32,000 bases of DNA from assembly GCA_964640155.1 (NCBI GenBank), contig CAZXEQ010000002.1, forward strand, positions 330,001 through 362,000, given 5' to 3'. Below, one piece after another: positions 6,914-16,321 of this stretch (its first letter is position 1; every line of letters begins with the position of its first letter). A program made the position numbers and the translations under genes. The notes beneath the pieces were generated by a model. That model was not told where the DNA came from and did no database searches. It saw only the letters and a list, made by a program, of their open reading frames with translations. This stretch comes from an uncultured bacterium (GTDB lineage Bacteria > Auribacterota > JACPWU01).

Positions 6914-7602
6914 CAAATCCATCCGGCAAAGAAAGCCACACGTCCTTCTATATTCATTTTATAATTTTTGAAATTTTGGCTCAGAACTTTCTCCAAATCA
7001 GTCGCAGAATCTTTCTGATTTCCAAAAATTCCCTTCTTATTATAGAGATTCATTAATTTTCTTCCTAGAAAGTTGTGTTCAATCCCTCCTCCCAAAATAG
7101 TTGTTCCAAAAATAACTCCTTGGGAACCCATCAAAGGTTTTAAGTGTTCAAAAACCTTTGCTTTATCTTGCATGTTTCCTGGAAGACAATGAAGAAGATA
7201 TCCAAGTCCTATGGATGTGAAGTTTTTCTCATTCAATGGAATGGGCTTGAGAACGTTTGCAACAAGTGTTTTAGGACGATACCGAGCAATGCGTCTGGTG
7301 GTGACCTCTAGACAATGAGGATTTAGATCCAAAAGAGTCAAAGAGAGATGCTGTGACGGGAATTGGCATTTATCTAAAAAGTAACCAGTTCCTACACCCA
7401 CTTCTAAATGATGATCCGTTACATGATTGTTGTAAAAATCTAAAATTTTTTTTGTAGAACATTTCCATGCAAAATGATTTGAAAGTCCTAAAACAAAAAG
7501 ATCATAGAGAGATAATACAAGCTTGGTATATACTGCTGCTCCAGAGTTTTCAGATGTATGTGTAGGGGCCATATGAACCTGGTTTTTCATGCAAGATAAC
7601 AT
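6913..7602 (-). CDS. class I SAM-dependent methyltransferase
   Basis: This is a 229-aa ORF with SAM motif I, HLEVGVGTGYFLD, followed by LTLLDLNP. The start is uncertain (Met codons at 7602, 7590 and 7572). The stop codon abuts the end of repeat C. Confidence 0.6.
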   Translation of the reverse strand: MLSCMKNQVHMAPTHTSENSGAAVYTKLVLSLYDLFVLGLSNHFAWKCSTKKILDFYNNHVTDHHLEVGVGTGYFLDKCQFPSQHLSLTLLDLNPHCLEVTTRRIARYRPKTLVANVLKPIPLNEKNFTSIGLGYLLHCLPGNMQDKAKVFEHLKPLMGSQGVIFGTTILGGGIEHNFLGRKLMNLYNKKGIFGNQKDSATDLEKVLSQNFKNYKMNIEGRVAFFAGWI

Positions 7603-7637
7603 CTTTGTATGGGTAAGAAAATAAAAAGCGATTTTTT

Positions 7638-8447
7638 ATGACTTCTTTACAGAATATAAGTATTCTTAACAATTTTCTCAAATTTTTCAACATTTCTTCA
7701 AGTTTAAATGAAACTATGTTACTCGAGGCTGTTGTAAAGTCTTTTTCAAAGCTTCCTTATGAGAATCTGACAAAGATTATTTGTAAAGCAGAGGAAGGGA
7801 CCCCCCAACGTGCCAGAAGAAATCCACAGAGAGTTTTAGGGGATCACTTTGATTTCGGAACAGGTGGAACTTGTTTTTCTTTAACTTCTACGCTTTTATG
7901 TTTGATTCGTTCACTCGGTTGGCAAGCGGAGCCTATTTTGGCGGATCGGCCTTATGGGCCCAATACGCATTGTGCCTTGCTGATTTGGATAGAGGGTAAA
8001 CCCCATCTTTTAGATCCAGGTTTTCTTATTTTGAAACCTGTGTTTGTAGGTTTTGAAGAAGATCTTTGTTTGGAAACTTCTTTTAATCAAATGATCCTTT
8101 CTTCGCATGACAACCGCTTGAATCTTGCAACTCTTGAAAAAGGACAAAAGAAATTGAGAATGACCTATAAATTAAATCCTGTAGAGAAAAGCGAATTTTT
8201 AAAGGTTTGGGATGAATCTTTTGATTGGGAGATGATGCGATATCCTCTTTTGACAAAGATTGTAGAAAATCATCAGATTTATTTGAGAAAGACCCGACTA
8301 CAAAATCGTTTTGCCAATGAGGCTCATCATTATGAATTAGCCGAAACAGAACTTTTAAAGAAAATTTCTCAAGAATTTAAAATTGCACCCATCATTGTTT
8401 CTAAAGCTTTAAATATTTTAAAGACCCAAGGAGAGCTTTGTGGCTAA
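7638..8447 (+). CDS. arylamine N-acetyltransferase-like protein (Cys-His-Asp fold)
   Basis: GTGGTCFSLTS (candidate catalytic Cys), NTHCALLIW (His) and HLLDPGF (Asp) have the order and spacing of the NAT family triad. This is motif-level recognition only. Confidence 0.45.
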   Translation: MTSLQNISILNNFLKFFNISSSLNETMLLEAVVKSFSKLPYENLTKIICKAEEGTPQRARRNPQRVLGDHFDFGTGGTCFSLTSTLLCLIRSLGWQAEPILADRPYGPNTHCALLIWIEGKPHLLDPGFLILKPVFVGFEEDLCLETSFNQMILSSHDNRLNLATLEKGQKKLRMTYKLNPVEKSEFLKVWDESFDWEMMRYPLLTKIVENHQIYLRKTRLQNRFANEAHHYELAETELLKKISQEFKIAPIIVSKALNILKTQGELCG

Positions 8448-8964
8448 GACAAGTTTTCCAACTCCCGTGAAGCTTTTCGTGGCAGTGCTTTGGACTAATT
8501 CTGATGTTTTGAATAAAGCTTACAAAGTGCTTCAAGAAAAATGGGGATCTTTTGATTTTGAGGGACAAGATCATGCATTTGATATCACTGATTATTATGA
8601 GAATGAAATGGGGAAAAATCTTAAACGCAGATTGATTGCTTTTGAGAAGCTTGTTTCACCTGAAATTCTTGCGGGGGCCAAAATTCTTTGCAATGAAGTT
8701 GAAGAAAAGCTTAAGATTGAAAATAAAAGGCAAATCAATTTGGACATTGGATATTTAGACCATAACAAAATTGTTTTGGCTTCTGCCAAGGGTGCTGGGC
8801 AAAAGATTTATTTAAGAGATGGGATTTATGCAGATTTTATTGCCCGTTTTGGGAAAGGGCATTATCGGCCTTTTGAATGGTGTTTCCCTGATTTTAAAGA
8901 TGGGAGATATGATAAAGAGCTTTTACAGATTCGAGAGAAATATTTAACACAATTGAAGAAATAA
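8440..8964 (+). CDS. DUF4416-family protein
   Basis: GTG start at 8440 with the RBS AAGGAGAG 5 nt upstream. It overlaps the preceding stop by 8 nt, which suggests translational coupling. The motifs FDITDYYENEMG and LDIGYLDHNKIVLAS are as I recall for DUF4416. Confidence 0.5.
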   Translation: MAKTSFPTPVKLFVAVLWTNSDVLNKAYKVLQEKWGSFDFEGQDHAFDITDYYENEMGKNLKRRLIAFEKLVSPEILAGAKILCNEVEEKLKIENKRQINLDIGYLDHNKIVLASAKGAGQKIYLRDGIYADFIARFGKGHYRPFEWCFPDFKDGRYDKELLQIREKYLTQLKK

Positions 8965-8973
8965 TATAGGTAA

Positions 8974-9110
8974 ATTGTCCAACAGAGTGTTCAGGCACGT
9001 TCATTTACCCCGGCGAGGTAAATGAACTCAAGGGAGATCTTGCTCCCCTGATGTCCATCGGGGTCCTTGCTCGCTTGATCTCTAGTGGTCTTCACTCTCC
9101 GTTGGACAAT
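8974..9110. repeat. 137-bp GC-rich inverted-repeat / multi-hairpin element upstream of dnaX
   Basis: The termini ATTGTCCAACAGAGTG and CACTCTCCGTTGGACAAT are near-complementary. Internal features are the hairpin GTTCATTTACC-CCGGCGA-GGTAAATGAAC, the GAGATC...GATCTC stem, and CCCCTGAT-GTCC-ATCGGGG. It is a single copy in this window. Confidence 0.5.
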
Positions 9111-9250
9111 AGACAAGTTGAGTGTCCAAATCTCATATCCATGTGCAACAATTGTCTGTAGATAGAATGCGATGAATAAGAGTTACCTCTTGATCCTATG
9201 AAGGTTTATCGGTTAAAGTTAGTCCTGTAAATTTCTGTAAGGAGAACAAA

Positions 9251-10894
9251 GTGAGTTATCTTGTTTTAGCGCGTAAATGGAGGCCCCAAACTTTTGAAGA
9301 AATCGTGGGCCAGCCCCATGTGGTGACAACATTAAAAAATGCGATTACGATGAATCGTGTTGCGCATGCCTATCTTTTAAGTGGGCCCAGAGGAGTGGGT
9401 AAGACCAGTACTGCTCGTGTTTTTGCAAAAGCACTTAATTGTAAAAAGGCAATAACACCAGAGCCCTGCAATACTTGCGTGAATTGTACAGAAATTGCAG
9501 CTGGCTCCAGCATGGATATTTTAGAAATTGATGGTGCTTCTAACCGTGGAATTGATCAAGTACGGGAGCTTCGAGACAATGTTAAATTTGCTCCTGCCTC
9601 TGGACGCTTTAAAGTGTATATCATTGATGAAGTTCACATGCTGACTCAAGAAGCTTTTAATGCTCTTTTAAAAACTTTGGAAGAACCTCCAAGTCATGTG
9701 AAATTTGTTTTTGCAACTACAGAAATTCATAAAGTTCCTGCGACCATTCTTTCCCGATGTCAGAGATTTGATTTAAGAAAGATTTCTACAAGCCAGATTT
9801 TGAATCATCTCAAAGAAATGGTGAAGAAAGAAAAAGTAAAAGCCGATGAAAAAATTCTTTTTGCAGTTGCTAAAATGGGAGACGGCAGTCTTCGAGATGC
9901 AGAGAGTTTGCTTGATCAGCTCATTTCGTTTTCCGAAGGCCATATCAAATATGAAGAAGCCATGGATATTTTGGGTTGTGTCCCGCGAGAAAAAGTTCTT
10001 CAGCTGGTTGTGGCTTTAAAAGAAGGGGACTGGGAAAATCTTTTTGAAAATATTCGTAAAATGGATGAAGAAGGTAAAGACTTGAGTGTATTTGTGAGAG
10101 AGTTAGGGGCTCATTTAAGAGATCTTTTGATCCTTCAAATGGATTCAAAGCAGGTAGCCTTGGTTGAATTAAGCCCAGAAGATTTAGAGGAAGGTAAGCG
10201 GCAAACTCAATTCTTTTCAAGAGATCAACTTTTGCAAATGTTGGAAGTAACATTAGAAGCAGAAGATCGATTTAAAAATGCTTTATCAAAACGCTTTTTG
10301 CTCGAAGCTTTGTCAGTTCGGCTTTTTTTGATTGGACAGTCGATATCACTAGAAACATTGATTTCAAAAATAGATACTTTGGGGAATCTTCCTGCTTCTA
10401 TCGCTCCCTCTGTAAAAAATAAACAAGAATCTCCAGTGGAAACGCTAAAAAAAAACGAATCTTTTAGTATAACTCCTCGTACAAATAGTGTAGCTCCTGG
10501 TCATAAGCATACCGAAACCTGGGGGAAATTTTTGGTGGACATCGGTGGGCGTAAACCCCTTTTACACGCATATCTAAGAGAAGGAATGTTCCAATCAGAC
10601 GGGATTCGTCTTCAATTGATTTTTCCACAAGATAAAGCCTTTTTTCTAGATTCCTTAAAAGCACCCGAAAATCAAAAAGTGATTCGCGAGGGGATTCAAA
10701 AAACTTTTGGGAATGAATTTTCATTGGAATTTGTTTTAGGTTTCAAGAGCCCAATACAAAAGATGCAAGAGCAACCGAACAAAGTTTCAGAGCCAAGTGT
10801 TGTTGTGTCATCTGACATGGCGATTCAAGATGACCCTATCGTACAAAAGGCACTTGAAATTTTCGAAGGAAAAATTACGGAAATCAAAAAGTAA
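9251..10894 (+). CDS. dnaX: DNA polymerase III subunit tau/gamma
   Basis: GTG start preceded by AAGGAGA. Walker A GPRGVGKTS, zinc module CNTCVNCTE, Walker B IIDEVHML and sensor SRCQRF. Confidence 0.95.
   Translation: MSYLVLARKWRPQTFEEIVGQPHVVTTLKNAITMNRVAHAYLLSGPRGVGKTSTARVFAKALNCKKAITPEPCNTCVNCTEIAAGSSMDILEIDGASNRGIDQVRELRDNVKFAPASGRFKVYIIDEVHMLTQEAFNALLKTLEEPPSHVKFVFATTEIHKVPATILSRCQRFDLRKISTSQILNHLKEMVKKEKVKADEKILFAVAKMGDGSLRDAESLLDQLISFSEGHIKYEEAMDILGCVPREKVLQLVVALKEGDWENLFENIRKMDEEGKDLSVFVRELGAHLRDLLILQMDSKQVALVELSPEDLEEGKRQTQFFSRDQLLQMLEVTLEAEDRFKNALSKRFLLEALSVRLFLIGQSISLETLISKIDTLGNLPASIAPSVKNKQESPVETLKKNESFSITPRTNSVAPGHKHTETWGKFLVDIGGRKPLLHAYLREGMFQSDGIRLQLIFPQDKAFFLDSLKAPENQKVIREGIQKTFGNEFSLEFVLGFKSPIQKMQEQPNKVSEPSVVVSSDMAIQDDPIVQKALEIFEGKITEIKK
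10447..10455 (+). promoter_or_regulatory. A9 tract in dnaX, candidate slippage/frameshift site
   Basis: The tract reads CTA AAA AAA AAC in frame 0. The -1 frame reaches TAG at 10465-10467, and the other frame reaches TAA at 10470-10472. Confidence 0.25.
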
Positions 10895-10895
10895 T

Positions 10896-11495
10896 ATGAG
10901 TTATAAGCTAGATGCTTTTCAAGATTTAATAGATGCTTTTAAGCTTTTCCCGGGTATTGGTACGAAAACTGCTGAACGCATGGCCCTTCATTTATTGAAG
11001 GCTCCTCTTCAGAAAACCAAAGATTTTTCAAGAATGGTCCAGGTTGCGCGAGAGCGCTTGAGATTTTGTTCAGAGTGTTTTCTCTTTACTGAGAAAAATC
11101 CATGTGCTGTATGTCAGGATTCTGAAAGAGATAGAAATATCATTTGTGTTGTGGAGGAGGCTAAAGATGCTTTTGTCCTTGAGAGATCTGGGGGATTTCA
11201 AGGACTTTATCATGTTTTAATGGGGAAAATTTCTCCTTTGGATGGAATTGGTCCTGATGAATTAAAAGTCATGGAACTTTTAAAGCGTGTTCAACAACTG
11301 AAGCCACGAGAAATTATTTTGGCGACAGGAATGGATGTAGAAGGAGAAGCAACAGCGCTTTATTTAGGGAAGTTGTTGTCAACGGAAGGGATTGTTATTT
11401 CTCGAATTGCTTATGGAATCCCTGTGGGAATGGGCTTAGACTATGCAGATGAATTGACTTTGACTAGAGCTTTGGAAGCAAGAACAAGTCTTTAA
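10896..11495 (+). CDS. recR: recombination protein RecR
   Basis: The ATG at 10896 lies 1 nt after the dnaX stop. The track start at 10797 overlaps dnaX and is rejected. HhH motif PGIGTKTAERMA, C4 zinc finger CSECFLFTEKNPCAVC and a Toprim region. Confidence 0.9.
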   Translation: MSYKLDAFQDLIDAFKLFPGIGTKTAERMALHLLKAPLQKTKDFSRMVQVARERLRFCSECFLFTEKNPCAVCQDSERDRNIICVVEEAKDAFVLERSGGFQGLYHVLMGKISPLDGIGPDELKVMELLKRVQQLKPREIILATGMDVEGEATALYLGKLLSTEGIVISRIAYGIPVGMGLDYADELTLTRALEARTSL

Positions 11496-11579
11496 AAGAA
11501 GGGATTTCATTGCATTTGGATCAGACCTGTGTTACTAAAGATGCTTGTTCTACTGTAGAGGAAAGGAAGTAAGAGTTCT

Positions 11580-13517
11580 ATGGCTAAAAAGAAAAAAGGT
11601 TTCCCAAAAGAAATGATGCAAGGTAAGCCCTTTAAGCCAGCGATGTTTTGGATTTTATTAGGCGCAGCCCTTCTCTATCTTTTTAATATTAATAATATTG
11701 CTAAAAAGGGTGTGGATCATCCTTCCTATAGCCAATTCTTTGAGTCCGTGAAAAGTGGCAATGTGCGTGGAGTTGATCTTATGGGCGATATTGTTCGGGG
11801 TGAATATCAAAATGGACAACGGTTTTTACTCAACATTCCTAAGGAAGACAGTGCGTTATTGGCTGCGTTAAGAGAGAATGTTCGAGATTTTAATATTCGC
11901 TCGGAAAATAACCTTTGGGCCAGCCTTCTTTTTTCATTAGCCCCTATGGTGCTCTTTATTGGGTTTTTATGGTTTTTTGTTTATCGTCAAATGAAAGGGG
12001 TTGGAGGCGGTGCGCTCAGTTTTGGAAAATCTCGAGCCAAACTTTTGACCAAAGATCGGGAAAAAATTACTTTCAAAGATGTTGCAGGTGTAGATGAGGC
12101 GAAAGAAGAACTACAGGAAATCATCGAGTTTTTAAAAGACCCTAAAAAATTTCAGAAATTAGGCGGACGTATTCCCAAAGGCGTTTTATTAATGGGACCT
12201 CCAGGTTCAGGGAAAACACTTCTTGCGAAATCGGTTGCGGGTGAGGCAGATGTTCCTTTTTTTACCATTAGCGGGTCAGATTTTGTGGAGATGTTTGTGG
12301 GTGTAGGGGCTTCTCGCGTTCGTGATCTTTTTGAACAGGGGAAGAAGCATGCCCCCTGTATTATTTTTATTGATGAAATTGATGCAGTGGGTCGCCATCG
12401 TGGAGCTGGTATTGGTGGCGGACATGATGAGCGTGAACAAACGTTGAACGCTATTTTGGTGGAGATGGATGGATTTGATACACAAGAAGGCGTGATCATC
12501 ATGGCGGCTACCAACCGACCTGATGTATTGGATCCAGCTCTTTTGAGACCAGGTAGATTCGATCGACAAGTGGTTGTAGATTTACCGGATCTTCATGGAC
12601 GTTTGGGCATTTTAAAGGTGCATACCAAAAGAGTGGTTTTGGCTCAAGATATTGATCTTTCTATCATTGCACGTGGTACGCCTGGTTTTTCTGGAGCAGA
12701 TTTGGCTAATTTGGTGAATGAAGCGGCTCTTTTGGCTGCACGACATGGCAAGAAATCCATTAGCTTGCCGGAAATGGAAGAAGCCAGGGATAAGGTGCGT
12801 TGGGGGCGTGAACGAAAAAGTCGAAATCTTTCTGAAGAAGATAAAAGGATTACTGCCTATCACGAATCTGGACATGCCTTGGTTCTGCATTTGCTTCCAG
12901 AAACAGAACCTTTACATAAGGTAACGATTATTCCTAGAGGTGTCGCTTATTTGGGAGCTACCATGCAGCTTCCAGAAAGAGATAAATACACAGAATCTAA
13001 AAAAGAAATCTTAGGCCAGATTACAGGTATGATGGGGGGTCGTGTAGCTGAAGAAATTATGTTTGGAGAAATTACTTCGGGTGCGTCCAATGACATCAAA
13101 AACGCAACAACACTCGCCCGAAAAATGGTATGCGAATGGGGGATGAGTGATAAGTTAGGCCCTATGACTTTTGGCGAGCATGAAGAACATATTTTTTTAG
13201 GTAGAGAAATTTCAAGATCTGTTGATTATTCGGAATCCACAGCCATTGAAATTGATCGTGAGGTACGTCGCATCATTGATGAATGCTATCAGAGAGCCAA
13301 AAGCATTATTATAGAAAATAAAGACAAATTGATTGCCCTGGCTGAAACTTTAATCAAAAGAGAAGTGATGGAAGGCAAAGAAGTTGATGCGATTATCTCT
13401 GGGAAAGTAGTTCCTCATATCGAACCTTCTGCAAATCCTTATGACCGGATTTTAAAGAAGCGGTCTCAACAAGATGTACAGGCGATTCATGAACCCCAAA
13501 CCGAGTCTGCCCCCTGA
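11580..13517 (+). CDS. ftsH: ATP-dependent zinc metalloprotease FtsH
   Basis: Two N-terminal TM segments, Walker A GPPGSGKT, Walker [30 protein letters not shown] and zinc site HESGH. Confidence 0.97.
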   Translation: MAKKKKGFPKEMMQGKPFKPAMFWILLGAALLYLFNINNIAKKGVDHPSYSQFFESVKSGNVRGVDLMGDIVRGEYQNGQRFLLNIPKEDSALLAALRENVRDFNIRSENNLWASLLFSLAPMVLFIGFLWFFVYRQMKGVGGGALSFGKSRAKLLTKDREKITFKDVAGVDEAKEELQEIIEFLKDPKKFQKLGGRIPKGVLLMGPPGSGKTLLAKSVAGEADVPFFTISGSDFVEMFVGVGASRVRDLFEQGKKHAPCIIFIDEIDAVGRHRGAGIGGGHDEREQTLNAILVEMDGFDTQEGVIIMAATNRPDVLDPALLRPGRFDRQVVVDLPDLHGRLGILKVHTKRVVLAQDIDLSIIARGTPGFSGADLANLVNEAALLAARHGKKSISLPEMEEARDKVRWGRERKSRNLSEEDKRITAYHESGHALVLHLLPETEPLHKVTIIPRGVAYLGATMQLPERDKYTESKKEILGQITGMMGGRVAEEIMFGEITSGASNDIKNATTLARKMVCEWGMSDKLGPMTFGEHEEHIFLGREISRSVDYSESTAIEIDREVRRIIDECYQRAKSIIIENKDKLIALAETLIKREVMEGKEVDAIISGKVVPHIEPSANPYDRILKKRSQQDVQAIHEPQTESAP

Positions 13518-14355
13518 AGTAAAATCTATTTGGAAAATTAAAGATCGAACGTTGACCTTTTCTCGGCGTCCTCTCATCATGGCTATTCTCAATGTTACTC
13601 CAGACTCTTTTTCAGATGGAGGGCGATTTTTAGATAGAGGAAAAGCAATTGAGCAGGCAATGATATTGGTTAAAGAAGGTGCGGATATTTTGGACATTGG
13701 AGGGATGTCAACACGTCCAGGTGCAGAGGAAATCCCTGTAGAAGAAGAACTGAGGCGTGTGATTGAAGTAATTCAAGCTTTGAGTTCTCAAATTAAAATT
13801 CCTATTTCTATTGATACCTATCGAGCGCAGGTTGCTGAACAGGCTTTAGCAGCGGGTGCCCATATTGTGAATGATATTGGGGCTTTAGGCCTAGATTCTA
13901 GAATGGCTTCTGTTGTGAGGGACATGGGGGCAGGTCTTATTCTGATGCATATGAGAGGAACTCCCCAGACCATGCAAAAAGACTTACATTATGAAGATTT
14001 ACTAGAAGAGGTTTCGAAATTTTTAAAGAATCGTTTACAAGTTGCTCGAGAAAATGGAATTAGTGAGGAGCAAATGGTTGTGGATCCCGGTCTTGGTTTT
14101 GGAAAAAGTTTCGAGCAAAATTTAGAAATCTTAAAGAATCTAGAGTTCTTTCATCAGATGGAACGTCCTCTTCTTGTAGGCCCTTCCCGAAAATCATTCA
14201 TTGGCCAAATCTTGCAGAATACTCCTGAAAAAAGGCTCTGGGGGACACTTGCTTCTGTCACGGCCTGTTTTTATCACAGAGCAAATATTCTTCGTGTTCA
14301 TGATGTGCTCCCTGTTTTTGAGTTTTTAAAAGTCCTTTGTGAAATTGAGAAATAG
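13474..14355 (+). CDS. folP: dihydropteroate synthase
   Basis: Motifs ILNVTPDSFSDGG, DIGGMSTRPG and VDPGLGFGK. The start is uncertain. ATG 13474 overlaps ftsH by 44 nt, and 13489 is an alternative. Confidence 0.9.
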   Translation: MYRRFMNPKPSLPPEVKSIWKIKDRTLTFSRRPLIMAILNVTPDSFSDGGRFLDRGKAIEQAMILVKEGADILDIGGMSTRPGAEEIPVEEELRRVIEVIQALSSQIKIPISIDTYRAQVAEQALAAGAHIVNDIGALGLDSRMASVVRDMGAGLILMHMRGTPQTMQKDLHYEDLLEEVSKFLKNRLQVARENGISEEQMVVDPGLGFGKSFEQNLEILKNLEFFHQMERPLLVGPSRKSFIGQILQNTPEKRLWGTLASVTACFYHRANILRVHDVLPVFEFLKVLCEIEK

Positions 14356-14365
14356 GTTTTGCTAT

Positions 14366-14490
14366 AAAAATATATTCTTTAAGTAAGAAGCGGGTCCTGA
14401 CGCTTGGCAGCCTCACCATACTTATGAAAAATTGCGCGCGGTGGGGCTTCCCCGCCAAGCGTCACCCATATCTATAAAGAACATACTTTT
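14366..14490. repeat. GC-rich palindromic element, copy E5 (intergenic folP/cdaA)
   Basis: Termini AAAAATATATTCTTTA and TAAAGAACATACTTTT are inverted. The core is GGGTCCTGACGCTTGGCAGCC...GGGGCTTCCCCGCCAAGCGTCACCC, with a 10-bp stem GACGCTTGGC/GCCAAGCGTC. It is homologous to E1-E4. Confidence 0.85.
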
Positions 14491-14585
14491 AATAAGTTCA
14501 ACCGGAAAAGTAGATTTTTGAATTTTCCGTTATCTCTTTCGAATCAAAATGAAGTAAAATCTTTTTAACAACAAAGCGAGATTTT

Positions 14586-15383
14586 ATGTCAAGCATCATT
14601 CACTTTATAGCTACTTCTTGGCGACCCGTCATAGAAGTCTCTATTTTAGCTGTCTTCTTTTACTATCTTTTTGGTTTTATTCAAGGGACACGTGCGGTTC
14701 AAGTGCTTAAGGGATTGGTCATTTTGTTGGCTATTTTCTTTGTAGCGCAACGATTAGACTTAAGTATTGTTAATTGGATTTTAGGGCGTGTCTTTCCTGT
14801 GGCAGTCATTGCACTTATTATTCTCTTTCAGCCAGAATTAAGAAAAGTATTGGCAGGGTTAGGGGGGAATCCCTTTATTCCAAGTCTCGGAAGAAATGAA
14901 GCGGTACTGGATATGATTGCAGAAACGTGTGAAATTCTCTCAAAAAAAAGAATTGGAGCCTTGATTGCCATTGAAGATGATGTAGGGCTTAAAAATTATG
15001 TGGAGAGTGGAATAAAGATTGACGCCCTTGTTTCTCAAGAACTTTTGATTACGATTTTTTTTCAGAAAACACCCCTTCATGATGGAGGAGTGATTATTGA
15101 AGGGGAGCATATTTCAGCTGCTGCTTGTCTTTTCCCTTTAACGCAACAGCCTCATATTCAAAAGTCTGTAGGTACGAGGCATCGTGCAGCCTTAGGACTT
15201 TCTGAAGAAACCGATGCGGCTGTGATTGTTGTGTCTGAAGAAACAGGCAGAATCTCTGTTGCTTTGGATGGGAAATTTGTTGAAGATCTAGATCAAGAAA
15301 CTTTAAAGAAACTTCTCAAAGTTCGGCTTATTGGAGATCAATCAAAAAAGGGTTGGTTTTATACGAGAAGAAAAAAGCTATGA
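14586..15383 (+). CDS. cdaA: diadenylate cyclase CdaA
   Basis: Three N-terminal TM helices followed by a DAC domain (LHDGGVII, GTRHRAALGLSEETDAAVIVVSEETG). Confidence 0.9.
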   Translation: MSSIIHFIATSWRPVIEVSILAVFFYYLFGFIQGTRAVQVLKGLVILLAIFFVAQRLDLSIVNWILGRVFPVAVIALIILFQPELRKVLAGLGGNPFIPSLGRNEAVLDMIAETCEILSKKRIGALIAIEDDVGLKNYVESGIKIDALVSQELLITIFFQKTPLHDGGVIIEGEHISAAACLFPLTQQPHIQKSVGTRHRAALGLSEETDAAVIVVSEETGRISVALDGKFVEDLDQETLKKLLKVRLIGDQSKKGWFYTRRKKL

Positions 15384-16321
15384 ACATTCCATCTTGGTTG
15401 CATCATAATTTTTTGCTCAAAATTTCCTCGGTGCTTTTATCCATTGCGGTATGGACCATGGTGCGAGGAGAAGTGAGGACGACTAAAGTTTTTCATCGAG
15501 TGAACTATCAACTGGAAATTCCTTCTTCCATGGGTGTCGTTGAAAAAAGTGTTCGCTTCCTCAAGATTACTCTTACAGGCCCTCGAGATGTCATGAGAGA
15601 GACATTAAAGAACTCGATTCGTATTGTTCATCGTTTAAAGGGAATTCAAGGACCAGGCGCTGTTCAATTTCAATTGTCTTCGAAGGATTTTGCATTACCA
15701 TCAGGGGTGGAACTCTTAGATGTTTCGCCTAGGTATTTAAGAGTAGTTTTAGATCGTTTGATTGATAAAGAGTTAAAAGTAAAACCTCAATTTGTAGGAA
15801 ATCCAGGACAGGGTTTTCAAATGAGAGAACACTCTGTGAATCCTACGATTGTAAAGGTGAGGGGTCCGGAAGGAAAGTTACAAAAATTAACAGAAATTGA
15901 GACACAACCTATTCTTTTGACTGGGAGAACACGTTCTTTTATTCAAACTGTTGCTTTGAAACCTCTTTTAGAAGAAATTCACCATCAAAAGGTTCAGTAT
16001 GTGGATGTGTATGTAAAAATTCAAACACAGTTATCTAAAAAAACATTTGAACATGTGCGATTGATGACATTACAAGGGAGCAAAGGGGAACCCGTCCATT
16101 TCGAACCTGCTACTGTGAAAGTGACTTTGGAAGGTCCGGGTGATTTCTTGGAGAAAATAAATGATACCGATATTCGAGCTTATGTAGATGTTGCAGATTT
16201 AAAGTCTGGGAAATATCAACTTCCAGTCAATATATTACCTATTCAAGGTACTTCTGTTGTGAATGTAGACCCTCATGTTGTAGAAGTGGAAGTAATTGGA
16301 GCATTGGAGACTGTTTCATGA
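15380..16321 (+). CDS. cdaR: CdaA regulatory protein CdaR (YbbR-domain protein)
   Basis: The ATG at 15380 overlaps the cdaA stop (ATGA), and its own stop overlaps the glmM ATG. It has one N-terminal TM segment and repeated beta-rich YbbR-like modules. Its position between cdaA and glmM supports the call. Confidence 0.75.
   Translation: MNIPSWLHHNFLLKISSVLLSIAVWTMVRGEVRTTKVFHRVNYQLEIPSSMGVVEKSVRFLKITLTGPRDVMRETLKNSIRIVHRLKGIQGPGAVQFQLSSKDFALPSGVELLDVSPRYLRVVLDRLIDKELKVKPQFVGNPGQGFQMREHSVNPTIVKVRGPEGKLQKLTEIETQPILLTGRTRSFIQTVALKPLLEEIHHQKVQYVDVYVKIQTQLSKKTFEHVRLMTLQGSKGEPVHFEPATVKVTLEGPGDFLEKINDTDIRAYVDVADLKSGKYQLPVNILPIQGTSVVNVDPHVVEVEVIGALETVS

Noticed and set aside
5843-6941. Minus-strand ORFs 5843..6070 and 6735..6941 share peptide motifs (VGHPAL, PSNP) and could look like paralogous small proteins.
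   Set aside because: The shared residues come from the conserved nucleotide core of the tRNA-linked repeats (GGAGGGCCGGGTGGCCGAC, GGGATTCGAAGGG). One ORF runs antisense through tRNA-Arg, neither has an RBS, and copy A does not preserve the frame.
8974-9250. SRP RNA (ffs), expected by synteny upstream of dnaX.
   Set aside because: Neither strand shows the conserved domain IV pattern (a GNRA-capped helix followed by GGAAGCAGC-like asymmetric and symmetric loops). It is kept only as an unassigned structured element.
10797-10895. Long upstream extension of recR from the track start at 10797.
   Set aside because: It overlaps the dnaX C-terminus by about 100 nt. The ATG at 10896 follows the dnaX stop directly and gives the canonical RecR N-terminus (MSYKLDAFQDLI...PGIGTKTAER).
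12152-12890. Antisense ORFs within ftsH (12152..12514, 12276..12569, 12612..12890). Similar antisense ORFs occur within the CoADR, glmM, dnaX and A2M genes.
   Set aside because: They lie opposite strongly supported conserved genes, with biased composition and no recognisable motifs. They are typical shadow ORFs.
14258-14458. ORFs generated by the palindromic elements: 14258..14458 (-), 28167..28361 (+) and 23637..23861 (+).
   Set aside because: They are open only because GC-rich repeat sequence lacks stop codons. They overlap real genes or repeats, lack RBSs and are not conserved between copies in a consistent frame.
14503-14529. Hairpin CGGAAAA-N13-TTTTCCG upstream of cdaA, as a terminator or riboswitch part.
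   Set aside because: It is an AT-rich 7-bp stem with a large loop and no clean U-tract. No known c-di-AMP riboswitch (ydaO-type) features are recognisable, so the evidence is too weak to call.
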